A stretch of DNA of 64,000 nucleotides. It comes from the human T2T-CHM13v2.0 reference genome, Homo sapiens. Under the pieces are notes generated by a model. It did no database searches. It was given only the letters and a program-made list of their open reading frames with translations, and was not told the origin of the DNA. Location: assembly GCF_009914755.1 (NCBI RefSeq), contig NC_060948.1, one strand, 5' to 3'. This document shows positions 35,538-50,759 of this stretch, piece after piece. Position numbers and translations under genes: made by a program. Within the stretch, counting starts at the first letter, position 1, and every line of letters starts with the position of its first letter.

Positions 35538-35603
35538 TGGGGAGGCTGCCCTCTTCCCTAGCCCTCAAGGTGGGGAGGCTGCCCTCTTCCCTAGCCCTCA
35601 AGG
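35538..35603 (+). repeat. Perfect 33-bp tandem duplication
   Basis: TGGGGAGGCTGCCCTCTTCCCTAGCCCTCAAGG x2. Confidence 0.95.
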
Positions 35604-36161
35604 CCTTTGTTTCCCCACCTGTAAAATGGGGCATTGTGGCCTTCATATGAAATGGTACTTCTAAAGGCACCTGTGAGCCAGAGCCCTGCTCTGATGGCTG
35701 TGGGAGAGGGTATGATTTTTCTAACCTGCCTCCACCCTTCCTGGTGCCATGGGAGGCAGACACCAAGTTCTGGGGTCTCCAGTTTTAGTGGGTGGCCACT
35801 GATTGCTTCTCTCTGTCCAGAATAATGAGAACAAGAGTGCACTGCAGTTGGAGCGGCAAGTAAAGGAGCTGAAGCTTGGTGAGCTGAAAGAGACGGTAAC
35901 CTCTGACCCATCTAATAATGGTTGGGAGGCAGTCACCAGCCTCTGGGAAGGGGAGGTGCCAAGACAGAGGCAGCTGCAGCCTGAGGACAGGTGACCCCAG
36001 CACCCTCCAGGGTAGTCCTATGACTGTTTCTTGCTTCCTGCCCTCTGACGTTTAGAGGTGGGTAGCCCTGGGCTCCTCCCAGGTCTGGACATCATCATCC
36101 CAGCTAGAGGCATGGAGCCCCCCAATCACAGAGGAAGAGACAGTGGTATAAGAGGCTCCTT

Positions 36162-36472
<311 letters not shown>

Positions 36473-37409
36473 AACCAGACTCCTTAGATTGAAAGTGGAT
36501 TGCGGCCTCGGTTCCACTGGTCATAATTCAACTACTTTGCATCTCTAAGTCTCTGTTTAACTTCAAAAGGAAGTTAGCCTTTTCCTTGTGGAGGTGCTGA
36601 GGATTAAATGAGATGATACGTGGAAACATTAGGTATGTGGCACACTTAGCAGATGGTGGTTGGCTCCCCCTGCTTTTCCACCAGTCTGTCGCCTACAGTT
36701 TAAATGCTGGGAAAAAAGACATGAGATTTGAGGCTGTGGAAGGAGGCATGGGGTTCTAGGCAAAGGAGGCAGTCTCGTAGGCCTGGAGCAAGGGGCCAGG
36801 GGACTGAGCAGGCCACAGAGCCCCACAGTGTCCTTGCTACCCTATTAATGGGCCAGGAATCTGGAAGCCAGCCACCACATGCCCTCATGCCCAGCGTCTT
36901 CCTGCACGTGGAGCTGAAGAGCCAAGAGGCTCAGAGTCCACAGCAGCAGCAAGACCAGTACCTGTGTCACCTGCAGCAGTTCGTGGTCGCTTAGTAGCAG
37001 GTGGCTGCTTATCAGCAGCTGGCCTCTGAGAAGGAGGTGCTGCACAGGCAGTTACTGCTGCAGACCTGGCTCATGGACCAGCTGCAGCAGGAGGAAGCTC
37101 AGGGCAAAGCGGTGGCTAAGATGGCCCACCAAAAGTTGCAGGAGACCCAGGGGAGGGAGTTGTTGAGGACAGGGCTCCAAGAGGGACAACCTGGCAACCT
37201 CTGTACCTTCTCACCCTCTTTCCTGGCCCCTTAGGAGAACCTGGAAGCTACCAGCCAGCAGAAACAGCAGCTAAAGCCCAGTTGAGCCTCATGGCTCTCC
37301 CTGGGGAAGGTATGGGAGACCACTCAGAGGAAGAGGAGAGAGCCCCAGGAGGAAAGGGGGACTGTTAGCAGCGTAGGATTGAGGAGTTGGAAGAGACCTT
37401 TAAGACAGC

Positions 37410-37600
37410 TGGTCATTATGCCAACTGGGTGTCCGTACTAAGTTCGGTATCAGTATGGTGACCTCCTGGGAGCGGGGCCATCGGGTTGCCTAAGGATGGG
37501 AGAACTGGCCCAGGTCAGAAAGGGAGCAGGTCAGAATTCCTGCACCAGTCGGTAGTGGGACTGTGCCTGGGCAATATAGCAAGATTTTGGTTCTTAAAAA
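37410..37600 (+). pseudogene. RN7SL: 7SL (SRP RNA) retropseudogene fragment in a GOLGA intron
   Basis: TATGCCAACTGGGTGTCCGTACTAAGTTCGGTATCAGTATGGTGACCTCC...GGTTGCCTAAGGA...CCCAGGTCAGAAAGGGAGCAGGTCA matches the 7SL S-domain; A-rich tail. Confidence 0.9.
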
Positions 37601-39007
37601 TAAAGAACAGCGCATTCCCCTCTGGGGAGGGGCTGGCTCAAGGTTACACAGTGAGTGTAGGGGCAGAGGTGGGCCCACTGTACCTCCCTTGTTGGGTTGT
37701 CTGAGGACCCCTCTGGCCACCTCCCACAGGATATGGAGGAGGACATCTGGACAATGAGGAGGAGGCACCTCGGCCCATGCTGAACATTCCAGGGGACCTG
37801 GAGAGCCGGGAGGCCATGGTGAGCCTGACTTTCCCTGCCCCTACTTTGCCACCTTCCTCTGTAGTCCCTCTGAAACCCCCTTATGTTCTTGGTTTCCCTG
37901 CCTTCTGACTTCTGTGGACTTTCTCTCCTTCCGGGAGCCAGTGGTCAGACACCATTTCACCTGTGACCAACAGGTGCACTCTGTGAGGCCCAAAAGGAAG
38001 GGGCTGTGCTCCATCTCCCTGCCCTGGTTGTTATGTGTATACCCCTACAAGAGTACTCACCTCTTGCCTTCAGGTGGCATTTTTCAACTCCGCTGGAGCC
38101 AGTGCCCAGGAGGAGCAAAGCGTGTGCTGCCAGCCCCTGGCTCACCCAGTGGCCTCATCCCAGAAAAAGCCAGAGGCAGCGGCCCCAGCCCCAGAGACTG
38201 GGGGTGAATCTGTGTGTGGGGACACCCACTGGGCCCTGCAGGAGGCCATGGAGAAGCTGCAGGTGAGTAGTCCTGGCATGGGCCAACAAGGGTGGGGTCG
38301 GGACAAGGCAGGTGACTCCTGACATGTGACCCCATTATTTTGGCTCCACAGCAACTTTATGGAAGGAGAAGATGGACCTGAAGGAGCTGGTGGAGAAACT
38401 AGAGCTTCAGTTCATCCACCTCTCAGGACAGACAGACACCATGAGTAAACGAGAGGCCAGGGCATGGCAGGGGGAGCTGCAGGGCCATCTGAGGGGCCCC
38501 AGCATCTGAGCCGTGTCCTCCTGCAGGAAAGTACATCAGCCAGGGGGCAGTGCCAAAGACGCAGCACTGGGAGAGGAGGACATCGTCAGGCTGGCCCAGG
38601 ACCAGGAGGAGATGAAGGTAGGGTGTGCAACATCTCTGTGGGGGTGGGAGTGAATGTCGGTGCTGGCACCGGCATGACAGCTAACACCCCTTCCTCCAGG
38701 TGAACCTGCTGGAGCTGCAGGGGCAGGTGTTGCAGCTTGTGGGCGACCACAATGAGCAGCATGGCAAATTCTGACCATTGCCCAGAACACTGCTGATAAG
38801 CCCACTCTAGGAGCCCCAATCGCCCAGGAGCTTGGGTGTGCTGACAAGCAGGGTGGTGAGTAGAGCCCTCAGGCGGGGTGGGCAGGCAGGAACAGGGGAG
38901 GCTCGCACTGTGCTCAGATTCCCACTCCCCTCCCTCTCTCTGAAGATCTTTGTGAGGTGAGCCTCACTGATAGCGTGGAGGCTGCACCAGGAGAGGACAG
39001 GGAGGGT

Positions 39008-41200
39008 GCTGTCACAGCACCCAGGCAGTCCACCCACAGTTCAGACCAATGCTCAACCCCCTCAGGGTTCCGTCTTCTCTGGTCACCATCTTCCAACCCA
39101 CTGGCCCAGGGCCACCTCTTGCTTGGGGAGCCCCACCCAACAGCCACCAAGCCTGACAGAAGGAACACTGCTTGAACCAAAATGGTGAAGCTATAAGGGA
39201 TGGCTGGCTGGAGTGAGTACCAGAGGCCCCTCTGGGCCGTCTGAAAGCCCAGGGTCTTCTGAGGGACCCAGGGGAAGGCAGGAAGGGCAGGTAGCTTGAT
39301 GCCATTGGCCATAGACTTCTAAGTCTAACAGGGGAGCCTCAACTGGTTGGTGGAGGGCTGCAGGTTGCATAGGTGAGGCTGGGCCCTTCCTGCTGGGAAA
39401 AGCAGAAGAGGAAGACTCCATGGCAGGAAAGGGAAGTGAGCTCTCTAGGCGGAGCTCAGCTGGGCCAGCATGCACTGTGGTCCCCTTGGCTGAATAGCAC
39501 AGGCGAACCCTAGAAGCAACAGGCCAAGGTGCATGAGCCTGCTGGCCAGCAGTAGTGCTTCAGCAGGGGCCAGGGTCCCTGCCTTCAGTCGCATGCTAGC
39601 AGCTATCATGGTACCTGGTAGGGAGGGAAGGGGGCTGTGTGTCCTTCCATGGCCTATGAAGTGTGTTGTGGGATGACCATGTGTATAGGACTCTCAGGCT
39701 TTTATCCTAGATCACCACTGAATTGCTGACAAATAGAGGATGTGGGACCCTGACTACCACCCCTAATCTGCAGTGGATTTGGCTCTCAGCACTCCCAGGC
39801 TGGGAGCTGGATCCCTGCCCTGGCAGCATGACTCAGACCACACGACAGGTACGGCATGCCCAGTATGATGTTCCCAGGTCTCTGGCCGCCTGAGTCCAGC
39901 CCCTCACACAACCCCCTCGAAGCTCCCAGCCCCTACACCATAAACCATGAGCTCTGTGCCCTCTCTGATGGTTCCATGTCTGCCAGGTTGGGCATGGAGC
40001 CCCCAGGCTCAGCCATGGAGACCTTGAGCAGTGGCACTGAGTCCCATGGCTCACAAGGAGGGAAGTGAGACAGCCAGCAGCACAAGGACAGAAAAAGGAA
40101 AGAGCAAGTCTGCAGCTCCAGAGGGAAGGGGCAGGCCTGGGGGTGGGGGACACACACGCACACGCCGGAGTGTGCACACACATGCTGTGAGGCCCCACGG
40201 CCCGCATGCACACGCTAACACACATGCCCACAAACAACACGCATACGTCGCCCTCCCCACCACCTCCCGGTGCCCAGCACCCTCACCGGCCGGCACGTGC
40301 TGCATGGATCTGGGGTGTGCAGCCACTCGGCACACTGAAGTACATGCGTGGGCAGAGTCACAACACAGATGCTCACCCGCACACAGAGGCATGTGCACCA
40401 GCTCCCTGCACACTCGTGCCTGGCGTGCTCAGAGGACCACCCATGCTGCTCAGGGAGACAGGGCTTGCTCACTAATGTCCGGCTGTCATTTCTCCACCTA
40501 AGAGCCTTCCATGGCTCCCTACTGCCTACAGCATTGAATCCCAACAAGTCATACTCTTTGGACTTTGAAGGTTCTCCACCCGGTGCCCCACCCTCCCCAC
40601 AGAGCTCTTCCTCATTCTGTCTCTGTTCCCTGCTTTGGCCAGTGGCTATCCTCAATGTGACCCACACTACACTTCTGCCCACACTGCAGCTCTTTACCCA
40701 GTTACCCTCCAGTTCCTCACAACGTATGCCTATCTCAGTCATGCCCCGGACTGCATTGAAGCCAGGCTGCCTTGAAGAAACTCTCCCAGACTGCCCTTTT
40801 CCCCAAGGCAGGGTCATGATTTGCCAAAGGTTTCGTGTGTGTTAGCAAGACTGGAGTCGGAGCAGGCATCAAACTTTGCATCCCATATGTCACACCTCAC
40901 CATAGACCTGGGTGCCAAATAGCCTGAAGAGTCTGAACTCATGTTGGCAGTTAGCAAAGTGCTCCTACGGCCACATCTGCAGTTAACATAGTATCCCTAT
41001 GGCCACTGTCTCCCTTGATCCCCACAGCCATCCTAGGAGAAAGGCAGAACGTCATTTGCTAGAAGGGATGCTGAGGCTCTGGGAGGGAAAGGGACTTGCC
41101 TAAAGCCCCAGGGTGAAGCAGCATCTCTGGACTCTCATAGACAGCCTAGAGCTGCTAGCATTCCCTTAGGATCTGTGCCCTTGGGCCTGGATTAATTTTT
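39008..41200 (-). pseudogene. DNM1P: Dynamin-1 pseudogene fragment, copy B (alternative tail exon ~39392-39319 plus last-intron sequence)
   Basis: RKGPASPMQPAALHQPVEAPLLDL in ORF 39191-39475; paralogous to 2279-2692. Upper boundary uncertain. Confidence 0.7.
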
Positions 41201-42295
41201 TCCTCTGCAAAGAGCCATCTGTAGGGCTAGAGGCTGGCAAAGCCTGACTTATTACTGGATGCCAGTTCCTTTGCCTGACTTTCAGCGATTTCTACCTTAC
41301 GCTCGGGTTTTATGTTGCTTGTCTCAACACTATCACTTCTCATTCCTCCACAAGTTGAATTGCTCACTCCAGCCACTTGAAGCATGCTGTTCTTAACACA
41401 GTTAGCTCTAGGCACATGGTTGGTGCTAAAAAGGAAAAAAAAAGAAGATCGTTATGTCAATTTCATTGATTAACAAAAGCGATGGCTCCACTGCAAAGCA
41501 AAGTTGATACTCCTGGGTTCAAGAGCCTTTTAGACAAATGGATCTGAGCTAAAACATGATCATGCACTCATATGCATCTGTCTCGGTCTGATGAGATAAT
41601 CTGGATACTTGGTTGTTATCCTTCAGCATTTTCCTGCCTCATTAATGCATGTGTAGCCAGCACAATAATCATCATAGCTAATAATGGCTACAGCTGAGGG
41701 CTTTCCTGAACCAGGCAGTGGTTTTAAAAACTTTAACCCCTAAAGCTGAGGACTTTCCTAAGCTAGATAGTGGCTTTGAAAACTTTAAAGTTTTCACATA
41801 GACTGTCATTGAATAATTTCTGTTTTTCAGATCAAGAAACTGAGACTTACTATCACATTTGGGATTAAGCTAAACAAAAAAAAAAGAAAAGAAAAGAAAC
41901 AGAGGCTGAACGCTGTTAAGTATTTCACAGCCAGCAGGAAATCAGAACTTGAACCCAGGCAGTCTAGCCCTGGGATCCTTTGCCCTTACCCATTATCCAG
42001 TGTTGGCTACACAAAACTAATGGGTACATATTTTCAACTATAGTGTAAGTGGGTGACATATTTTTCACTATATTTTATGTAGGTGACTTTCAGTTTGGGG
42101 GTATTCTACTTACACAATCTATTGAGCTGGATATTAACTGAGAGCAAACAGAAACTAATGAACTCTGAAAAACATAAAACATGAGCAACATGACATCACT
42201 GCAAGAGACAAAACAGCACATAGCCTTCTTGTGACTGTATTTTGCTGACAGTCCATGAGCAGATAGCCTGAACTCAGCAGTGCTGTTCCCTTGGG

Positions 42296-42297
<2 letters not shown>

Positions 42298-42339
<42 letters not shown>
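42298..42339 (+). repeat. (AC)n microsatellite
   Basis: Seen directly. Confidence 0.95.
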
Positions 42340-42342
<3 letters not shown>

Positions 42343-42399
42343 TTGGTGGTTTTCTGCCTCCACCCCCACCCCAACACACACACGGGTTGGTGGTTGTGC

Positions 42400-43440
42400 T
42401 GCCCGGAGCCTCCAGTCCGCGAGTGTGAAGAACGGACCAGATGGGTCCAACAGTGCTGGGTCAAGGCGAGGAGGGGGCAGCCGGAAGCGGGCGCATGCTC
42501 TGGACTCCTGCAGCCGCCGAAACGGGTGCGCAGGGGGCGCGCGGTTTGAGGGGTGAGGGGTGACGGGTGTGAGGGGCGAGAGGGACGGGAGCAGGCTGGG
42601 GGCAGCCCTTTCCCAGGCGGTAGCGGGGGCTGTGGTGCTGTTGCCCTTTTAAGCTGCGGCTTGACAGGAGCAGCGCCTCCTGTCGGTGGAGTCTGTTAGA
42701 AGGGGAGCAGCCGCCCAGGCCTCCACACAGCTCCCCGCAGAGGCCTTGGTGCCCCTTGCCATTTTCCAGCCCTACTGTGACTAGAGTTGAGGCAGCAGGG
42801 AGAGGCGGAGCTGGGAGAGCACCGCCGAGAGGTCCCGCGGGTGGTTGCGGCCGTCACAGCGGCTCCCGACGGGCTCACCTTCGCGCCCCACCTGCCAGAG
42901 GTGAGAATAAAATGTCCGTGTGAGGGTTCAAGGCCAAGCTGAAGTTGTTGGACTCTATCTTCCACAAGAACCAGGAGCCGCTGCCGCAGCTCATGCTCCA
43001 CTGCAACATCACGTTGAGGCGCCCAGTGGCGGCCTCACGGGGCAGGGCGAGGGCGGAGAGGAGGCGCCCAGAGTCCCGGGACAAAGGGGAGCCTGCCCGG
43101 GAGAGGCCCCGGTTCCCCAGGCGGGGCGAGCGCGCCCCTTTCTCCCGCGACTGGCCCGCCCCGCTGCGTGAGGCTTGCGTGGGAGGAGGGGGAGGGCGCG
43201 TCTCTCTGGCTCCTTGCCACGGGGCTGGCTTGGGGGCTGCTGGCACCTCTCGCCCCAGTCGCTGCGCCCTGAGGTGGGAGCCCGCGTCGCCCGCAGCCCT
43301 TTTGGGGCCCATGATCGCCCTCAGTCAGCTAGCCTGCTCCCCTGGACCGCGACGGGGCGTGGCAGGGTGGCTCCCGCTGTTGTTTGAGCCCAGTGAGGGA
43401 AGGGGAAAGGCCTTTAAGATTTTCGTTTTTTTGGCCGGGT
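42400..43440. promoter_or_regulatory. CpG island / UBE2Q2-derived promoter
   Basis: GC-rich with many CpGs around exon 1a; GC-box-like CCCGCCCC and GGGCGG motifs. Confidence 0.75.
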
Positions 43441-43880
43441 GCAGTGCTCATTCCTGTAATCCCAGCACTATGGGAGACTGAGGTAGCTGGATCTCCTGAG
43501 GTCAGGAGTTCTAGACCAGCCTGGCCAACATGGTAAAACCCTGTCTCTACTAAAAATACAAAAATTAGCCGGGCATGGTGGCAGGAGCTTCTTGAGATGG
43601 AGCCTCACTCTGTCGCCCAGGCTGGAGTGCAGTGGGGCGATCTCGGCATACTGCAGCCTCCATCTCTTGACAGTCCGTGGGTTCAAGCGATTCTCCTGCC
43701 TCAGCTTCCCGAGTAGCTGGGATTACGGGCGCCCGCCACCACGCCTGGCTAACTTTTGTGTTGTTTAGTAGAGACGGGGTTTCATCATGTTGGCCAGGCT
43801 GGTCTCGAACTCCTGACCTCAAATGACCCATCTCTGCCGCCCAGAGTTCTGGGATTACAGGCCTGAGCCACCGCGCCCGG
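43433..43880. mobile_element. Fused inverted Alu pair (+ partial 43433-43586; - 43591-43880)
   Basis: Plus-strand Alu stops early in its right arm and runs directly into a tail-less minus-strand Alu. Confidence 0.85.
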
Positions 43881-45204
43881 ATCCAAGGCCCTTAAGCTTA
43901 AATGCCTCGTTCTTCAGTCAGGTTTTCCTTGTTCCCGCATGTTCAGCCAATCGTGTTTAAGGAGAAACTAACAATGAAAACGGACTCGTTGATGGAGGAA
44001 AAGTTGGAATGCAGCCTCTGGTGCTGTTTGAGCGATCCCTCTATCCCGGGTCGCTGCTGTGTTCTGGAAAGGCGCATTGTACCCTGGATGCAGCAGGTAA
44101 GAGTCCTGTCCAGGTGCTCTGCCCGCTTTTCCTTTCAGGCTTCTGTATCAGCTGTTTTTCCCCTGTAGAATGTGCCCCTGACAGCCACCCGCTAACCCTA
44201 CCCAATTTGTCTTTACGTGTCTGACCATCAAGGCTCTTCTGGGTCATATTTAATTCATGCTGATATTTCCCCTTCCTCCCCTCTTTAGTCCTCACTATTT
44301 TTGCTTTGGTTATGTTATGCTGTATTCTGTAAGGCTTTAAAAAAATTTTTATGGTGGCAGGGGAGAATGTTTTATAATTATGCTTTGTGCTTTTTATCTT
44401 CCACTCAATAAATGCTTAGTAAATATTTGTTTTATTGGATGTATGAGCCTATTCTACCTATATTGTGCTTGAAAAAAAATCTTAACTGCCTTGTAAGTTA
44501 ACTGCTAAGAATTTGTCAAAAGTGCAGACATAACATCAAGAACTTGTCATGGATAGTACAAAAAGGTCTCTAAGGGCTTGATGGAAGCCTGTAAATTGAC
44601 TTCCTATGAAAGAGAGTGTAAGAAGTGAAAATGTAAAGCATGACTGGAGAGCCAGAGTGATGAAGCCAGGGTCCCTTTCTCCAGATCCTTTGTAACAGTG
44701 TTATGTGATCTCTTCTAGAAGATCATTCTGAAAGATAATGCCAACTCAGAACCTAGGAAACCATCCAGTGGGTTTCTGCAGCTTAGGTGTTTCCAATCCT
44801 CATCAGCACGGTAGTTTTCTCTGCCTCAGTTTGCTTACAATGATGTTCTCAGTAGCTACAATTGCTTTCTGTCTTTGAATACTTAAGCATTTTTTTTTTA
44901 GATGACAGGGATATATGTGCATTTTTATTTTACCGAGTGTTAGAATTTTTACTCTGCTTTTGTGGGCTCTGGGTTAGCTACTTGGTTGTTGTAAAATGAT
45001 TAGCAGGGAAAGCTCTGTGTGTGTGTGTGTGTGTGTGTGTTTTAAGTTTCTTTTGTTGTCAGAGGACTTCGAATTTTATTTTATATGGTAATTCTTTCAA
45101 TTTACTTTATTCTCCACCCCACATTTATTGAACAGCAAAGTATGAAAGTAATGTGTCCCATAAGCAGCCTTCAGAAGAATTACAACTGCTTTATATCTGA
45201 AATT

Positions 45205-45504
45205 CTTTTTTTTATTTTTTATTTTGAGATGGAGTCTCACTCTATTACCCAAGCTGGAGTACAGTGGTGCAATCTTGGCTTACTGGAACCTCTGCTTCCC
45301 AGGTTCAAGCAATTCTCCTGCCTCAGCCTCCTGAGTAGCTGGGATTACAGGCACCTGCCACCGCACCTGGCTAATTTTTGTAGCTTTAGTAGAGACAGGT
45401 TTCACCATGTTGGCCAGGCTGGTCTTGAATTCCTGACCTCGTGATCTGCCTGCCTCAGCCTCCCAAAGTGCTGAGATTACAGGTGTGAGCTACTGCACCT
45501 GGCT
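45205..45504 (-). mobile_element. Alu (paralog of 3360-3657)
   Basis: Dimeric Alu. Confidence 0.9.
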
Positions 45505-46817
45505 GAACTTTCAAGAAGAAGTTTGTGCATCAGTTTTCAAAAAATTATGATATCAAAAGATAGCTGTGCCCTACATTTGGAAAGATACAAAAACTGAACA
45601 TACTGGCAGGCAGTTTTGCTTGCTGGTGCTTGAGATAGAGGCACACATTGGTCTCGGTGGAATTATGGAGAAAAATAGATAAAGTTATTTCTAAATAAGA
45701 CCAAAAAATCCTTTTCTTAAGCAGTGACAGGTAAAGAGGTTGTCTTGACTAACCTTCAATTGTGTTGCCCTTGCTTGAGACCGTTTTATGGTGGGGATGG
45801 TAGTGGTGATAAACTTGCTGGAAATTTGTCTGCTTATAGTAACCTTTGTGGTAGCTGTCACAGACAACTTCATCCTCACAGGCCTTGAAATTAGTATAAA
45901 ACCAGCAGAATGGAGGAGAAACAAAGGACCTGAATAATTAGATGCTTAGATAATTGTTCTGTGTTTTCATAACTGGTGAAAAAGAGCAGTATTAGAAGCA
46001 CTTACACATTCTATATAAGGAACACTGCCTGAATTTATATTGTGATTTTTGAGCACCATTAACTGTTTAAAAACAGGCATATTGTAGGTAATATTTTAAA
46101 GACAAACAGAAAATTTATCTTTTCAAGATGGATCTAAAACTTATCAAAATTACAAAATTTAAAACGTGATTGAAAAATATTAATGCATAGGTTTAAATAT
46201 TGGTCATTTTAAATGTCTTTCAAAATAGATTGTCTCTTAAATATTAAACTGAACAAACTTTGAACATGTTGTAGAGTTTGTGCCGAAGGTTAAATTTCCT
46301 GGGGTGATGGATATTTTGTAATATGAACAACAAAACCTTCTTATTTTAAGAAATTTAGAAAACTTTTAGGCAAAACTAGAAAATACTACCTATGCAATTC
46401 TACCACTCAGCAGGTGCCACTGTCAGAAATTTGTATCTTTCCAGTCATCTGCTCTTTTCTCCTGTGCTTGTATATGTTTCCTCTCCCTTAAAAATCAGAT
46501 ATTTGTTTGTAATCTGCTTTTTCACTCAACAGTATTGTAGATCCATGTTATAATTTACTCCTCTACATTGCCTTCAGTTATTGTGTGCTTTCTGTTGGAT
46601 GACTGTACCATGTAGTCAGTCATGTTTTCTGGTACTGAATGCATACGGGTATGTGTGTGTGTGCGTGCACTTGTGTGTGCGTATTTTTTTGTAACTTAAC
46701 TAATGCTTTAGACATGAGTAGGTAGACCTAAATCCTTGAAACCTTCCACGTGGTGACTTTCAGTTCTCATTGCTGAATTTGTTTCCAGAGATGGAAGAAA
46801 TTATATTGTATGGGAAC

Positions 46818-47162
<345 letters not shown>

Positions 47163-47997
47163 TAAAAATGTTAGAAAGTGTGCAATGAAATGGGCATTCT
47201 TACAGTCATGGCAAAAAATATAATTATCTTTGACTTTCTAGAAAGTAGTTTGGATTTCGAGAAACTTGTTTGAATTCTCCCTGTTTAGGCAGGATGAATT
47301 CTCACTACCCCAAGGTGGCCAACCTTGTCCCTGTGATTCCATCTCTCCCAGAAAGAGAGGTCTAGTCTCAGGGAAAACCCAGATTTGTTTGGCTTAGCCC
47401 ACCTGACAGCTAATCACTGGAAATGGGGTGGGCTGGTAGAATCCTTTGGTCAGGCTTTGTGTTGAAAGAGAGGTGGAAAGATGGGAGGGAGGTAGCAAAA
47501 CTTGCCTCAGTGGAACTATGTAAGTTAATATAGAATGGCAAAGGGATGTTTCTTCCAAGGAAGAGATTCTAGGGAAGGAAGAAAGTGGAGGGGAAGGCAG
47601 CAGTTCTCCAAGTTTTTGGGTCAGTATTCCTTTACACTCTTAAAAATACATTGAGGGCCCAAGGAGCTTTGGTTTATGTAGGGTATATCTATTTGTATTT
47701 ATCACTAGAAATTAAATCAGAAATATTTAAAATATTCTTTAAAAGCTCACCACATATTGTTATAAATGCTTTTATGAAAAGAAAATTTCTAAACCCAAAG
47801 TAGTACAGTCTTACATCTTTTGCAAATTTTTTTGATGTTTGATATGTCATTTGCATGATGTTTGACATGTCATTAGCAAATTGATATGTCAGTTTGCTTC
47901 TGCATTCAATTTATTGTGTGATATTTTCTTGAAAAAAATGTGAACAAAGGCCAATCTCATACAGATAACCATTTTAGATCATTGTGGATATATATAT

Positions 47998-48203
47998 ATT
48001 TTTTGAGATGAGGTCTTGTCCTGTTGCCCAGGCTGGAAGGTAGTCGTGTGATCACAGCTCACTGCAGCCTCAGTCTCCGGGGACTCAGGTGATCCTCCCA
48101 CCTCAGCCTCCAGAGTAGCTGGGACTACAGGTGTGTACCACCACACTTGGCTAACTTTTTGTATTTTTTGTAGAGACAGGGTTTTGCCATGTTGCCTAGG
48201 CTT
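47998..48203 (-). mobile_element. AluJ-like fragment (paralog of 6122-6340)
   Basis: Partial Alu. Confidence 0.8.
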
Positions 48204-48780
48204 CTTTTTTGATACTCCATCAAATCTTCGTTTTTCTTGAACTTTGGATCTTCCACCCTTGCATGATATTACAACATCGTGCATTGGTTACTTATAAAAT
48301 AGTGGTTCAATAAGATCTTCTACATATTGATACATTTGATTGTACAGTATCGAAATACATTCATCAATACCACCATCAATCTCATCAGAATACTTTCGGA
48401 AAGCAATGGTGGACATAGGTTTTCTAAAATTCTGATTTTTTCTTCAAAAGCTTGAATTTTATTAGTAATTTTGTTATTGAATTTTATTATAGCCTGTCTG
48501 TTGTTTTCCTTGAAATGACAGCATCTCATTTTTTGAGAAAATATCTTCCAGAAATGCAAGTTAAAACAACATTTTTTGTCAGTCAGCCTTTCAAGTAAAA
48601 ATGGTATTCCATTAAAGTGGTTAATTAACTTCATGACTTAGTCACTCAAGTGTTTTTTTTCTCAGGCAGCCTGTAGGAATGCTCATGTATACTTCCCATT
48701 TCATCACTTGAAATATTAAAAAGATATACTCAAGGATTTAGATTTAGTAGAATATTCACTGCTTCATCATAGACATTCTT

Positions 48781-49081
<301 letters not shown>

Positions 49082-49130
49082 ATCATAGACATTCTTAAAT
49101 GAAACTGACCTTTTGTTGCCCTTCCTTTTT

Positions 49131-49439
<309 letters not shown>

Positions 49440-49954
49440 TAAACCTTTCCTGTGCATAGTGAAGAATACCATGACTACTAGTAGTTTGGTGTTACTGCCT
49501 TTGTTTGTGCTAAAGTACCAACATTTTTACCCACCATTGTATTTGCACACTTACAGCAAATGTCACCATGTTAGTATTCCTGTCAAAATAGTTTGGACTT
49601 GGGGGTCTGAGGGCCGCACTTTGGGAACCATTGAAAAAGGTACTTAGACGTACTAGATATCATATCTTTTCATCTACAAGGTTTTTAAAAACTTGATTTC
49701 AGTTAATTTTTTTTTGTAATTTTTAAAATATGGTTTTGAGGGGTTTCAGTCCAGAGCAACAACACATATTTTATTTTGCTTATGCTGAAGTTTACTAGAC
49801 AAATACTAACCTAACAGAATGAAGTCCTAAATCTAATTGCAATTTCCTTAGCCAAAAGAAAAAAAAAAAAAACAAAATTAAAAGCGTAAAAATAGTCCAT
49901 ATGGTGTATTCTCAGTGTATGCTGAAGAATTTATAGAAGAAAATGCAATACTCA

Positions 49955-50303
<349 letters not shown>

Positions 50304-50449
50304 AGAATAGAAGTAATTCTGAAGAGTTTCTTTTAGCCTGTAAAGAGATTTGGAACACAGTAAGAGGGGAATGAGAAGAATGAGAATAGTAAAATAAACC
50401 ATTATTGAAGAGATATACTGTTAATGATGTCCTCCACCAATACAACTTG

Positions 50450-50759
50450 TTTTTCTTTTTTTTTTTTTTGTTTTTTGAGATGGAGTCTTGCTCTATCGTC
50501 AGCCTGGAGTGCAGTGGACATCTCAGCCCACTGAAACCTCTGCCTCCCAGGTTCAAGTGATTCCTCTGCCTCAGCCTCCTGAGTAGCTGGGACTACAGGC
50601 ACCCGCCAGTGCGCCCAGCTAATTTTTTTTGTATTTTTTTAGTAGAGATGGGGTTTCTCCGTGTTAGCCAGGACGGTCTCAATCTCCTGACCTCGTGATC
50701 CGCCCACCTCGGCCTCCCAAAGTGCTGAGATTAGAGGCGCGAGCCACCGTGCCCGGCCC
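50450..50759 (-). mobile_element. Alu (paralog of 8215-8516)
   Basis: Dimeric Alu. Confidence 0.9.

Noticed and set aside
35053-35766. 237-aa minus-strand ORF
   Set aside because: Antisense shadow of the golgin coiled-coil exon and the 33-bp duplication
37410-37600. Functional SRP RNA gene
   Set aside because: 5'-truncated, diverged and internally deleted; a standard passenger of GOLGA introns
39833-40845. Several 120-200-aa overlapping ORFs
   Set aside because: GC/CA-rich intronic sequence with few stops; no recognisable protein similarity
42696-43481. GC-rich ORFs over the CpG island
   Set aside because: Stop-poor GC-rich sequence; only the UBE2Q2 exon-1a remnant is homologous, and it has TGA at codon 4
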